A stretch of 63,483 nucleotides of DNA, counting the filler, from Phoronis australis (Eukaryota; Animalia; Phoronida): assembly GCA_002633005.1 (NCBI GenBank). It is 8 parts of 8 records of this genome, joined end to end, with 100 filler letters (N's around TTAATTAATTAA, not from the genome) between each part and the next. Parts side by side here need not be neighbours in the genome. Positions count along the whole stretch, not along the records: positions 35,073 to 59,304 come from NMRA01000412.1; 7 more parts are not named here. One strand, 5' to 3'. The position numbers and the translations under genes are program-made. The notes below the pieces were generated by a model. It did not search any database. It was not told the DNA's origin and saw only the letters and a program-made list of their open reading frames with translations. Shown piece by piece: positions 37,834 through 49,355 of the stretch (positions within the stretch are counted from its first letter, which is position 1; the number at the start of each line of letters is the position of its first letter).

Positions 37834-39102
37834 TTAACCAGACTCTGGCTGGCGACTGACTGCCGCGAAGTCGACATCGGCGAGTGCCTCAGTTAACAGG
37901 CATCGGTAGAATGATCATGGAATAATCTTTAAAATAATCACAAACCTTACCTTTGTATGAGGTCGTGCTTACTTCCTCTCATAGAAGCACCCTTTTTACG
38001 GCAATCTCAGATTCAGTTGGCAGGGGTGCAAGCCATTTCACCATGTATTTAAAGGGCTCGCGAAATCGAGGCTGTTAATCTATCACCACTAGTACACGCA
38101 CGCCCTCTAGTTGTTGTAGATTTTCCAAATAGCCCCATTCAAGCACATTCTAGAACTTTCCTGAATCTACCCAACCATTCTACAAACATGTTCTAGTCTT
38201 TAGAATATTCCAGACTGCATTAATCATCAGTCATGCCAGAGTCTTCTAGAAAGTTCCACACTATACTGCAGTAAACAAATTACATGATCACTACTAAACT
38301 CAGTCTACTAGAAAGTTCCATACTATTCTGTAGTAAACGAATTACATCATAATTGTACTTAACTCAGGGGTCATGCCAATTATACAGAATAACAAAACAA
38401 AACAAAACAATTCAACTAAAAATACTGTCAGACTATATTCTGACAGTGTGTTTCTAAAAAATATTGTATTTCCCTTCTCAAATAGTTGCAGGATGAAAAG
38501 ACACTGAGGAAGTACGGCCTACGGCCTATTATGGACATCTCGGGCATTTCAATAGCTTCAAATTTCCTTTCGGAGGTAAAATCGTCATATGCTCATGCGC
38601 AGAAGTCATGCAACTTTCAAACTGGGCGGCGTTCCGTAGACCTATAAGTAATTAGTTTACACTTACGACGAAAACTCCCGATGAATCGGAAACAATGACT
38701 TCAATCCCATAATTCAACATCACATCTTCACCGACCGATACCGTTTTGTTACTTTATGCGTGATCTTGCGTGATGTCGCTTTTCTTGCACTGAGGAAACT
38801 TTGTTTACGGAACGCTACCCTGGAGAATTGCCGTTGACTGAAGGCCACATTTCACGGATAACACGTACAGTAGATTCACATGTTGATGAATGAAAATTTT
38901 TTCGAAGCTCGGAATTCTCGATAATGCAGAGATATCCTCGAAATACTCTTAGCAAGCCAAAATGAAGTCACGTGGGTATTCCCAAGCCATTGTGTTCCCA
39001 CTTCAATGTAATGATGATCATCCCATGAGGTATCGTAAAGCAAAGCTATCATTTTAAGTCTGTTGGTCATAACGCTACAGATGAGAGTGGCATTTCCATG
39101 AC

Positions 39103-39968
39103 TCAAACTATGTATACTAGATTCGAATCGCTTTCAAATCGGTCTGTCATCATTTTGTTGCTGTCAATAACCAACTTTGTACTTCCTGCAAATCTGTACA
39201 TACGGAAATTTCTTACATTGCGTTCTGACAACTGTCGCCTTTCCTCTTCCGACAATTCGAGTTTTTTCCCTGAAGCTAGGCTATCTTTGTTGTCTGAACG
39301 AGACTTGACGTGTCGGTAAAACAGAACAAAATTACCAACCACGATTGGCACAGTGAACGCAATGACAAGTACACCACATATGGCGCAGAGGGAGCCGACA
39401 ACATAGCCCGACGCAGTCTTGGGAATCAGGTCTCCATAACCAATGGTTGTAATGGTAATCAAAGCCCACCAAAAACACATGGGTATGCTTGTGAATGTTT
39501 TTTGGTCTTCAATAAAATAAATTGCAGTGCCGAATAGGAGGACAGACATAAAAATGAAGATACTCATCAGTCCAAACTCATTAATACTTGTCCTGAAAGT
39601 GTACGCCATGACGACTGCGCCTTTGTTTTTGCCAAGGATGCGAAAGATGGGGAAAACTCTAAATACGTGGAAAATACCGAACACAACGTCTGCCTCGTTT
39701 GTCACATACTTTCCGCTAGGGGCGTATATTGGTTCAAGCGCAACAACCAAAAGTCCACCCACGGAGACAAATTCCAAGACTGTCAATGGTCGACGCAGGA
39801 ACGCAAACTTGTCTGGAGCGAACACAACGCGAGCTGAGAGTTCCAGAATGAACCAAACCAAACAGAAGATTGTAATCCGCTCAAGGGCCCAGTTGGGTTT
39901 CCTGAAATTACGCGGATGGTCTTCGGTCACGATTGGTTTGATAACCGTCGTCTGTTTAGTATTAATAC
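39103..39968 (-). CDS. Shaw/Kv3-family voltage-gated K+ channel, coding exon 3 (S2-S6, pore, C-terminus)
   Basis: Acceptor TTCTTTTTAG at 39969. Encodes S2 (FCLVWFILELSAR), S3, S4, S5, pore FTSIPMCFWWALITITTIGYGDLIPKT and S6 GVLVIAFTVPIVVGNF; stop at 39103-05. Confidence 0.96.
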
Positions 39969-40306
39969 CTAAAAAGAACATCCGTGGTAAATTTGATAAA
40001 CCGGTAAACGTGCATTCGCCTTTGACATTCTTAAGATGTTGAGCCAACAAGGTGATGACAGACTATTAATAGTACTGATTGTCATGATTTACAGCTACGA
40101 GCACCAATTTGAAACTAAAGCCTTGGCAGAGAGCGATCATTTAAATACGAAACAGAGAACATTACTTGAGTAAAATATTCGATATCCATCACGCAGTGAT
40201 AGAAGGTGTAACTAATAGTTTACTGCGCAGTTTAAGGGTGACATCAACTGCACCGAAATTTTGCTGAGCATGCGCGGTGTTTCTCCTTCAAAATGTCTAA
40301 ACTTAC

Positions 40307-40559
40307 CGAACAAGTCACGTTCTGTTGGAGGCGGAGGATTGGAAAGCTCCTTTGCCAGGTTCTTAAAATTTGCAGTTGGGTTGAGGGTGTCATTATCTAA
40401 ATTCTGGTTTTCGTCCGCAAAAACTAACTGCTTTTCAGGCAGTCCGTGAAAGGCTGCCCAATCCGCTCTGGTCATATTAGTTTTCAGCTGTGGTACGGTT
40501 TCCATGCAAAAGGTAATTATAGATAAAAGGACGATGAGCGACGAGAGAATGGCGAACGC
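40307..40559 (-). CDS. Shaw/Kv3-family K+ channel, coding exon 2 (S1 and long S1-S2 linker)
   Basis: CTCTTTCAG|GCG...TTCG|GTAAGT; encodes AFAILSSLIVLLSIITFCMETVPQ...PPPTERDLFG. Phases 0 and 1 match the flanking exons. Confidence 0.93.
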
Positions 40560-40816
40560 CTGAAAGAGAGAGTGAAATGTCGTCTAAATACATATAAAAA
40601 TGTAGCTTTCTACCTCTGTGATAATTGACTATGACATCAATTCCATAGAATGTATATCCAACTCAGTGCAGATATCACATTCTACAAAATTGTGAAGATG
40701 TAAATGGTAGGCCAAAGCTGTTTTGTGAGGATGTAAACTGATTCCATGGCCTTTTCTTCAAATTCTCAACATCACACGCCTAACCGAAATACAAATATTT
40801 AAACCTGCGCTCCTAA

Positions 40817-40890
40817 ACCCACACACACACCCAGACGCACACACACACACATACACACACACACACACACAAACACACACGCACACACAT
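40817..40890. repeat. (CA)n microsatellite, imperfect
   Basis: Direct reading. Confidence 0.95.
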
Positions 40891-41218
40891 ACATGTACGT
40901 AACCTGGGTACAAATTGACTATATGAGTAGTTTTGTATCCAAGTGGGGTGAGAGGAACTATAGCGAGGTGAAACTGAGCATGGCACTGCAAAAGTGTTTT
41001 AAGACTGACACCAGCTACATATTTTATTGATATTTACAGTACAAAGTCTTTTAACTGTTTAATTCTAATTAAATTAGAAGAACAAACGTTTGGTACCAAG
41101 TCACTACATAGGTGAGAATGATGACGGTTCAATAATACGTATCAAGATGCATGGTAAGGCATTGACTCTGAAAACTGGTTGAAATCATGACAAAACATTT
41201 CTTGATTATTCTGTACAT

Positions 41219-41446
41219 TGACTACATGAGCAAGACACACATTGCCTACTGACTACATGACCAGGACACAAGCTGCCAACTGACTACCTGACCAGGACAC
41301 ACGCTGCCAACTGATTACATGAACAGGACACGGTGCCAAATGACTACACGACCAGGATACAAGCTGCCAAATGACTACATGAACAGGACACGTTGTCAAC
41401 TGACTACATGATCATGACACATGCTGCCAACTGACTACGTGACCAT
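41219..41446. repeat. ~30-31-bp minisatellite, ~7 copies
   Basis: Consensus TGACTACATGACCAGGACACACGCTGCCAAC, head-to-tail. Confidence 0.92.
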
Positions 41447-43259
41447 GCAGGTCACACGCTAGCTGCTTCCTAATTCCGTTTAAGCATAGATTGAAAATGA
41501 AAGACCACACTAATAATAGAATATTTTTCATAACCATGTTCAATCCATGCTTAAACGGACTTAGACATGTCTTCAGAAAACACCTTTTCACTCTGCATAT
41601 ATCCCTTTAAATGAAACATCTATTTCCTCATCCACCCATAATTTCTTGGAGAAAATGTAAAAGCTTCAAAACTTGGTTAATTGCAGCAAATATGGACAGT
41701 GAAAACCAAACAATTTTTACAAGAGAAAACGTGCTTTACTAATGTAGCGAATAAGTCAATACTGCGCCGTGTTTTTAAATGTGACCTTTTAAACGCAGAA
41801 CTTATTAATAAGTCGTGGAACACGGTAACAACAAACTGTCATGGATGGAAAAGTGCATTATACTCGTATATGCCGCATGTTCGTGCTTGCCTCCTCCATA
41901 CATTAATAATTTACGCCTTTAAAGCGTAACAGTTTAGTGTTGCTAGGCATGTTCTTCAAAACGGTAACAAAAAGTTTCATAGAAATGATGCATTATACAT
42001 GTATATGACGCATGTCGCTCACAAGTGGAGAATTAGATAATGACCCTTGTGGAAAATTAAGTAAAGTAATATATAAAAGATGACAGGCACTTCCAGTTTG
42101 TTTCATCTTCTGTAATTAATATTTGACGTTATGATAGCAATTGCTAAATTGAAATACAGCAGTACTGAAAATGCCCACAGCTCGATAAATGAGCCGTTGA
42201 AAGCAATGTGATTGGTCAATATCAGAATATAGTTTTTTTCTCGTGGAGTTACTGTACCCGTAGAGTTGGACGAGATCCCCACCCGCATTTTAACCCTAGG
42301 ATCTTCAACTTAAGTTAGCAATACATAATTAGATTATTAAAACGAATAAATTGATACCCTACACGGGATGGACATTTCCACATGTGTATGTTGGGAGAGC
42401 ACCGGGGCGGGAAATCAAAGGGCAGGGTGAACATCTTCAGTAGACAAGAGATAGCCAGTTAGGGGAACATCGGGACGGGGGAACATACATGTAGGGTCAC
42501 CAGAAAATAGGTCCAGGGTAACATGAGTACCAGAGGACAACAGTTGGGGAACACAAGGATCAGGAGTACTTTGACTTGGAGCAGCGCTACAGATCTCACG
42601 GTATGTGACAGATGAAAGTACAACCTAACAATAATAGTTATGCTATCTGCTTCAAACTGGACATCAGCACGAATAAGCTGATGAATAAATGAGCTACTGA
42701 AGTAAATAAGCAATTTCTAATTAATGCACCGTAACATGGGCTAAACAGAAAACATTAAAATACATTGCATTCAATAGCCACCTGAGCTCCAAGACAACGG
42801 AAACACTTTGATATAAATGTAAGTAACAGCAGTCAATGTTCCGTTTTGTTTTAGTTGTTGGCGGAGGCCGGGTCTTTCGATGATAAAGCTCCAGTGAAAT
42901 TGATTGCAACGACTATGTCTTACCTTAGTTTTTTACTAATGGGATCGTAAAGATCGAGTCATGAAAAATAATTGCATCGAAAATATTTTTGAATCGTTGC
43001 ATCCCTAACCACAATATCTGTCATAATGAAAACAGTTACCATTGATTTAGCTCGGGAGCGATATTCTCAAATCTTCAAATTTAGTTCAAATCAGAACGGA
43101 TGTCTTCACGTGGTATCAACAGCTCTAAAGCCAGTGCATTTGATACTTTTAACCACCCTAACATGAACAACAAGCTCGCACAGTTCCTCAAAAGTAGTTC
43201 ACTTGATGCCACATGTGTGTAGTCTGGGAGCTGTGTGAATGATTCACACAAAATCAGAC

Positions 43260-43384
43260 CATGGGCGGCGCTCCATAGGGTCTGGGGGCTATAGCCCCCA
43301 CTTTTTTTAGTGCTACGCCGCACGTGGTCTATAGGCGGTGCACCACAGGGGTGTCTGAGGGGGCTTTAGCCCCCCACTTTTTTA
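43260..43384 (+). mobile_element. Partial short MITE, same family as 57038-57183 in the opposite orientation
   Basis: CATGGGCGGCG...GGGGCTATAGCCCCCACTTTTTT bipartite unit; aligns to the reverse complement of 57038-57183. Confidence 0.75.
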
Positions 43385-43487
43385 GGTAATCCAAGTGACT
43401 ACTTGGGCCATGTAATTAGTTGGGTATCAGGTAGTCAGTTGGAAGGTGTGCAATCATACTGAGGTACTCACTTTGTACATTAGGATT

Positions 43488-43563
43488 TTCTCTCTCTCTC
43501 TCCCTCTCTCCCTCCCTCCCTCCCTCCCTCCCTCCCTCCGTCCCTCTCTCTCTCTCTCTCTCT
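43488..43563. repeat. (CT)n/(CCCT)n polypyrimidine microsatellite
   Basis: Direct reading. Confidence 0.95.
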
Positions 43564-45446
43564 TTCTTAATTTTATCAAAATTTTAGATGAAGTAAGCGA
43601 TGAGATAAAGTTGTCTTTACCACGAGCATGGTTTGAACACTGGAACATCCAAAGAACAAATATTAGATACCATTTTGAAAAATTTAATCAGTCTTCTAAA
43701 CATTTTGAAAAATTTAATCAGTCTTCTAAAAATGTCTAAATCCAGTTCTGTTGATTATTTTTTGTAAGTGAAGAGAGTGTGCCGTCCACGCGTATGTATT
43801 ATGTACTTAGAATACACGTACAGTTTGATTCTGTTGACATGTAGGTAGTTTTACCTTTTAAAATAGTCAATATTTCGAGTCGAACCTTTTAACATACGAT
43901 TTGTGTAATGTCGACCAAGAGGTTGCCTGTTATTTTGTCTAAAGAAAGCGCATTCAGTTTTGACGAGGTTACCATGGAGATAAGTTCCACACTTACTTCC
44001 ATATTTTTCAACAACACGATGGTGTGATTGTTCTTTTGATACATTCATTCGAAACTTGCTAAAAGTGTAAAAGAAGGGTCATCGTAAACAGTTACCCGCC
44101 AACTCAACTTCATATCAAGAGCGTTTGATGCACTCACAAAGCTGTTCATCAACAAATCGTGTTTTACAGGAAAACAACTCCTTTATCAACACACATGTAG
44201 CTTGTTTCATACATGTATGCGGAGAATTCTGCTTTTGAATATACTCTCGCCCAAATGTAAGCAGGTGGACATCGATTTGAACCAAATGCCAAGCATTAGG
44301 ACAGGAGAATATGGCCTACACTCGCTACGGGCGTTCGTCTGAGCATTTCTTGTCTTTTATCCTCGTACATGTACATGTATGTGTGTAAAGTTAACTTCAG
44401 CTGTTTACTCTTAGGCCGTGGACCCTACTGTCATGGACACAAGTATAGAAGGTTGATTGAGAAGATCATACAAACGGAAGCATTGGTGGTTGTAGCATCA
44501 ATCTGTTGACAGTAACTTGTTGCAAATGACAAGCAACAATGGCAGATGAATGTGGCCTACATGGCTACGAACTTCTGTAAACTCTTTCAGGAAGAGTGCA
44601 AGGAGGATTTTAAATCAGAGGTTTTGGGTAATGGGCCCATTACTTATTAGTAGCCTACGCACGTCCAGTGCAATTTTCAAAAGCATCGGACCCCTGCAGT
44701 CTTCTTTGCTTTCGTTCGACGCAACCGCCCGGTTTACAAAAACCTAATCACAAGTTTTCAAAACAAAATTGTTGTGAGACCTTGTGACCACAAGGCGCGG
44801 CCCAGTCGTGTTGTGTGCTGGACCCTATGCTGTACCTTAACTCATGATTCAGAACTCATAAAATATCCACACACGTTTCATGGCAGACGTGTGCACCCAG
44901 ACACACAACATAAATGTATGCCGTGTCTATCCACCTTGTGGTCAAGGGAATTTTATAGATATTTCACCACACAAAAGAAGATATCGCCTGAAAACACATT
45001 CAAAGTAAGCACTGCCCTTTGGCTGTCCTCATGCCAAGTCTCGTACGCTCACGCAGATATTTTTTATTTCTGATCTTCTGTATTTTATGAATGTCAATGA
45101 CTCCATTATTCTACTGAGGAACATGACAAATCAAGAGGTGGAGAAGAAAAATTAAGCGTTTGCAAAGAACAACCGTACTGCTGTAGTAAACTGCTTACTT
45201 GTAGCCGACTAACAGGAAATGTAACTTGAATACAATTAACTTGAGTGTTGATTTAGCAATAGTTCCAGAAAGTTGCGTGTACTTTAATGAGTAAATAAAA
45301 ATATGATTATTTTCCAATTTCCCTCTAAATGCTACTGTACATGTACACGCTCTTGGAATAATTTAGAACATTTATCGCTATACTGTACCCATGAAGTTGC
45401 TGCAAACCACATCTCAGAGAAGTGCTTTGTTTGAGGTTTATGTAGC

Positions 45447-45970
45447 AATAGTAGTAGTAAGAGCAGTAGCGATAATGGTAGCGCTAGCAGTGTTGGCGGT
45501 GGCAGTGCCAGTGGTAGTGGTAACTGTAGTGTGAGTGGTACATGTATCTGTAGTGGTAGTGGTACGTGTAGCGACAGTGGCAGTGGTATCTCTAGTGGTA
45601 GTGCTGGTTATGGTATCTTTAGCGGTAGTGGCGGTGATTATGATATCTGTAGAGGTAGCGGCCGTGGTAGTGGTATCTCTAGTGGTAGTGGTATCTCTAG
45701 TGGTAGTGGCGGAGGTAAAAGGTATCTCTAGTAGTAGTGGCTGTAGTAGTGATATATCTAGTGGTAGTGGCTGTAGTAGTGTTATCTCTAGTGGTAGTGG
45801 TATCTCATTGGTAGTGACGGTAGTTGTAGTATCTCTAGTGGTAGTAGCGGTGGTAGTGGTACTTGTAGTGGTAGTGAAGGTGATAGTGATGTCTCTAGTG
45901 GTAGTGGTGATGGTACATAGTAAAGTGGTAGTAGTGGTTATTATAGTGGTAGTGGTAGTAGTACAGTAGT
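45447..45970. repeat. Degenerate (GTA/GTG)n low-complexity repeat with an 18-bp sub-unit GTGGTAGTGGTATCTCTA
   Basis: Direct reading; explains the poly-Val and Ser/Gly ORFs. Confidence 0.92.
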
Positions 45971-46179
45971 TTTTAAACTAAACTAGACATATATGTACGT
46001 CGATAGAACTGTGACAGGTTCTGCCAAGCTTGCATAAACGTTTTGCCAGACTTATTGGGCAGTTTAGTCAAACTTTTGTCCCATTTTTTGTCTATTTTTT
46101 GGGATTTTAATGTGACGTTGTTGCGCCTAGCCGCTAATTGTTAATGTTTGTAATAGACATGCACAGTGAGTACCCTTGA

Positions 46180-46336
46180 CAGGGACGGATCCAGGATTTT
46201 TAGTTAGCGGGGCCAGGGCAGAGTATTAGCCAGGATTTTGCCCGTCATACATTGGCACTCCCGAACTGCCCAATGGATTCTGGGAAAATTTTAGGAGGTC
46301 CATGGCCCCGTTTCTCCCCCTCTAAATCCGCCACTG
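46180..46336. mobile_element. hAT-like MITE (CAG.G.CGGAT termini); inverted homolog at 60808-60959
   Basis: CAGGGACGGAT...ATCCGCCACTG; flanks CTTGA/CTTAA. Confidence 0.75.
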
Positions 46337-47028
46337 CTTAAATGCCAACTACCGCACGTAACCAATTTATTCTATGGAGCTTGCGACTAGCTGTGAGAGT
46401 TTGCACTGTAAATTCCCGGCAGTCTGGTCGACTGAATTTTGATCGAGTGTTTTAGTTATCAAATCAAGGCTGATTTCATTGCTTTCATTTTGATATGTTT
46501 GTTAATCAAGCGAGACTATTGACACCCTGCCGCGCCATCAAAATGCCCCGTTTTTACACACGGCGACATATTATCAAAAAACAGCAATTTTCTACTCGAC
46601 AAAACACTATTTTCCGTTCGACTAAAAAGAAAAAAGAGAAAACTTCATGGGGTTTTGAAGCACCCCAATACTGAGGAATCCGCTACTTAAAAAAGCAAAA
46701 AAAACGCCGTAGGGCTCTTTTAGGTGTAACGTCTCCCGTTCGACAAGAAAAGCTGTTGTAACGTTTTTGTGTGTTGTGGCAAACATTTCACCCGTGCATT
46801 TTGGTATTCAAGAGACCAAGAAGCCCCTTTTTGTATCCTGAAGTCCCTCTTTTTAATCCAGTTGTCCTTCAGGCGTTCATTTGTCGCTTTATCATGACTA
46901 TTGTCATTTTCCAAAGTCCTCTTTCTTTAGTAACATAACAATCTTAAAACTGTGTTCCAATGTCTCTTGTTTACGGCAACACAGTACATGTATCAGGAAC
47001 ACTAATTTTTACTTCTAAAGAAGTGAGT

Positions 47029-47444
47029 TTATTTACAAACTAATAAGGAAAGTCCTACATGTACATTGCAGCCTACACTGTACGTAGGGATGTACATGTA
47101 TCTTCAGTAGATTTCAAACCTTCACAGTATATGTTTGCTTATTTTATACATGTATCTGTCAAAAAGTCTCTATGTGCAAATTTCGGATAGGTAGTCGGAG
47201 TAATCATATTTTTTTAAATGTCACTGCAACCTGAATTATTTACAAACTAATAAGGAAAGTCCTACATGTACATTGCAGCCTACACTGTACGTAGGGATGT
47301 ACATGTATCTTCAGTACATTTCAAACCTTCACAGTGTATGTTTGCTTATTTTATACATGTATCTATCAAAAAGTCTCTATGTGCAAATTTCGGATAGGTA
47401 GTCGGAGTAATCATATTTTTTTAAATGTCACTGCAACCTGAATT
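47029..47444. repeat. 207-bp near-perfect tandem duplication
   Basis: TTATTTACAAACTAATAAGG...CACTGCAACCTGAA starts at 47029 and 47236, with only a few differences. Confidence 0.93.
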
Positions 47445-48501
47445 TTTACTGTAGAACTGTATCAAACGGCACTAAAGGTTCAATCAATGTATAAAGTTGT
47501 ATGATTTTGGATGAATGGCTGACTAGATCCTTCATAGCAACTGTGAGGGATCCATATTCAAAAAATCTTTGTTTTGACAGGGTAGAAATCTTTTGAAGCA
47601 TTGAAAGTATTTTCTGCTGGTTTGATTAGTCAAAACTGGCATTTTGGTAACAAAAATATTTTTAAACCTGTCAGGTATGCGAAAGAATGATTATTTATGA
47701 ATTAAATTAAATATTTTTGCTTCTGCTATAATAATACATGTACATCATCAAGAACTGACGAAGGGCTATTTTACGATGTGAGTCTATTGCAGTTTGGTTG
47801 AAGAACGTCTTGCGTGACCTTAGCCCCACGTTAGCGTCATTGTAACGTCAAAAAACAGCATTTAGCGTCACCGCTACGTCAAATAACAGCACGTATTCAT
47901 ATTTTGCTATCTTCAATGAGAAGGTTGGTTTAAATTTGTTTCTTTTTATTTTTAAAGAAATAGGTACATGTAAATTGGATACGAATAAAGGACCACCGGG
48001 ATTGAGTTTGGTGCTGATTGCTGGCTTAGTATGCGAATTTTCATATTCCGTACAGTTACTGGGTAATAAAGCATTCAAGTGCAATCGCAAGATGCAAAGC
48101 TAGATTTGTTGAGCTAAATATTTCAAATAGTCTCAATTTTTAAAAATTTTATTACAGGCGCCCTTTGCTATGTTAGCCCAGCTTTAATTAATCAAATCGT
48201 ATTATTGGCTTTATCCATCAAAAGATAATAAAGTACGTTATATCTTTATATTCATTTGCAATCACCACTGCCATATGCGGTATAAGTTAAATTTGTAGTC
48301 ATTCGACACATTCAAACTCTTTGATGACACAAGAAATGTAAAAATGCTATATATGTAGTATAGCTCGTTTCATTTCAGAGAAAAATTCTATCCTTCCAAA
48401 GATTATTGTTGACACGTGGTGCACATTTTTTGACCAAACGTCATAAAATAATGAGGGAACAGTATCGTTTCAAACAAAATATGCAGCAAAAATAACCTTA
48501 A

Positions 48502-48792
48502 GGTTATCTCAAACCTTACATTTGTATTTAGTGGCCTCCACTCTAACTCGTATGTCAAAAAACTAAGCTTTGTCAAATAATAAAAGTATATATTTTGTGA
48601 ATGAAAAAACATCAGGAAATATAAAAATATGTTTTGTATTTTTGAACCGTTATTATTATTGTTACATTAACACCTTTTTAAGTCAAAATTTTATTTTTAA
48701 GAAAGGTACCTTCATAGAAAATAACCCTCGCTCGATTTTAATGAAACCTTCTCTTAATGAAAACTTCACCAGTTACCTCGAAAACGCGTTTT
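48502..48792 (-). mobile_element. Truncated inverted copy of the Kolobok-type element at 53409-54825
   Basis: TTAA|GGTTATCTCAAAC terminus; ~290 bp aligns to the reverse complement of 54557-54825. Confidence 0.7.
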
Positions 48793-49127
48793 TAACCAAA
48801 ATGACACATTGGTACATGTAAGTGTGATAGTCAGGAATAAAATACATTATAAATGTTTTTAATTCATAGATATCTGTGCTACCTGAATGCGTATTTGTCA
48901 CACTGAAGATCACAAAATATGAAGAAGTGCAGTTATTTGAAATTACGATGACGCTGAAGTGACCCTTCTTTTAAAATGCATCGGGTTAGTCATTTGCAGC
49001 AATCGTGTAATTCTAATGAGAAACGCGTTACGGTCATCATGAGTTACCGCTCGGCGTAACTCAAGGTTCGACGTTTACGCGGGCCATAAGATGCTTTTGA
49101 TTAACAAGAATTCTGGACCTACATGTA

Positions 49128-49355
49128 CAGAGACGGTTCTACAGGGGTTTCAGGGGGTTCAAATCCCCGTCTCGTGACAGGATCAAAAATAAAAATAGAA
49201 AAACAAAATTCGCCAGAAAAACGAAATCAGCCACTAAAAACCACAAAAAATGTTACACGGGAAACCCCCTCCCGACCTTCCTTCCTCTCGGCGCTACGCG
49301 CCTCCGATTCGCTTGAATCCTAACCCCCCTTACTGAAAACGTAGATCTGCCACTG
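49128..49355. mobile_element. hAT-like MITE
   Basis: CAGAGACGGTTCTAC...GTAGATCTGCCACTG imperfect TIRs; flanks ATGTA/GTGTA. Confidence 0.7.

Noticed and set aside
39527-40042. 171-aa plus-strand ORF
   Set aside because: Antisense shadow of the Kv channel exon.
45531-45969. Poly-Val and Ser/Gly-rich ORFs
   Set aside because: Translation of a GTA/GTG low-complexity repeat inside the Kv intron.
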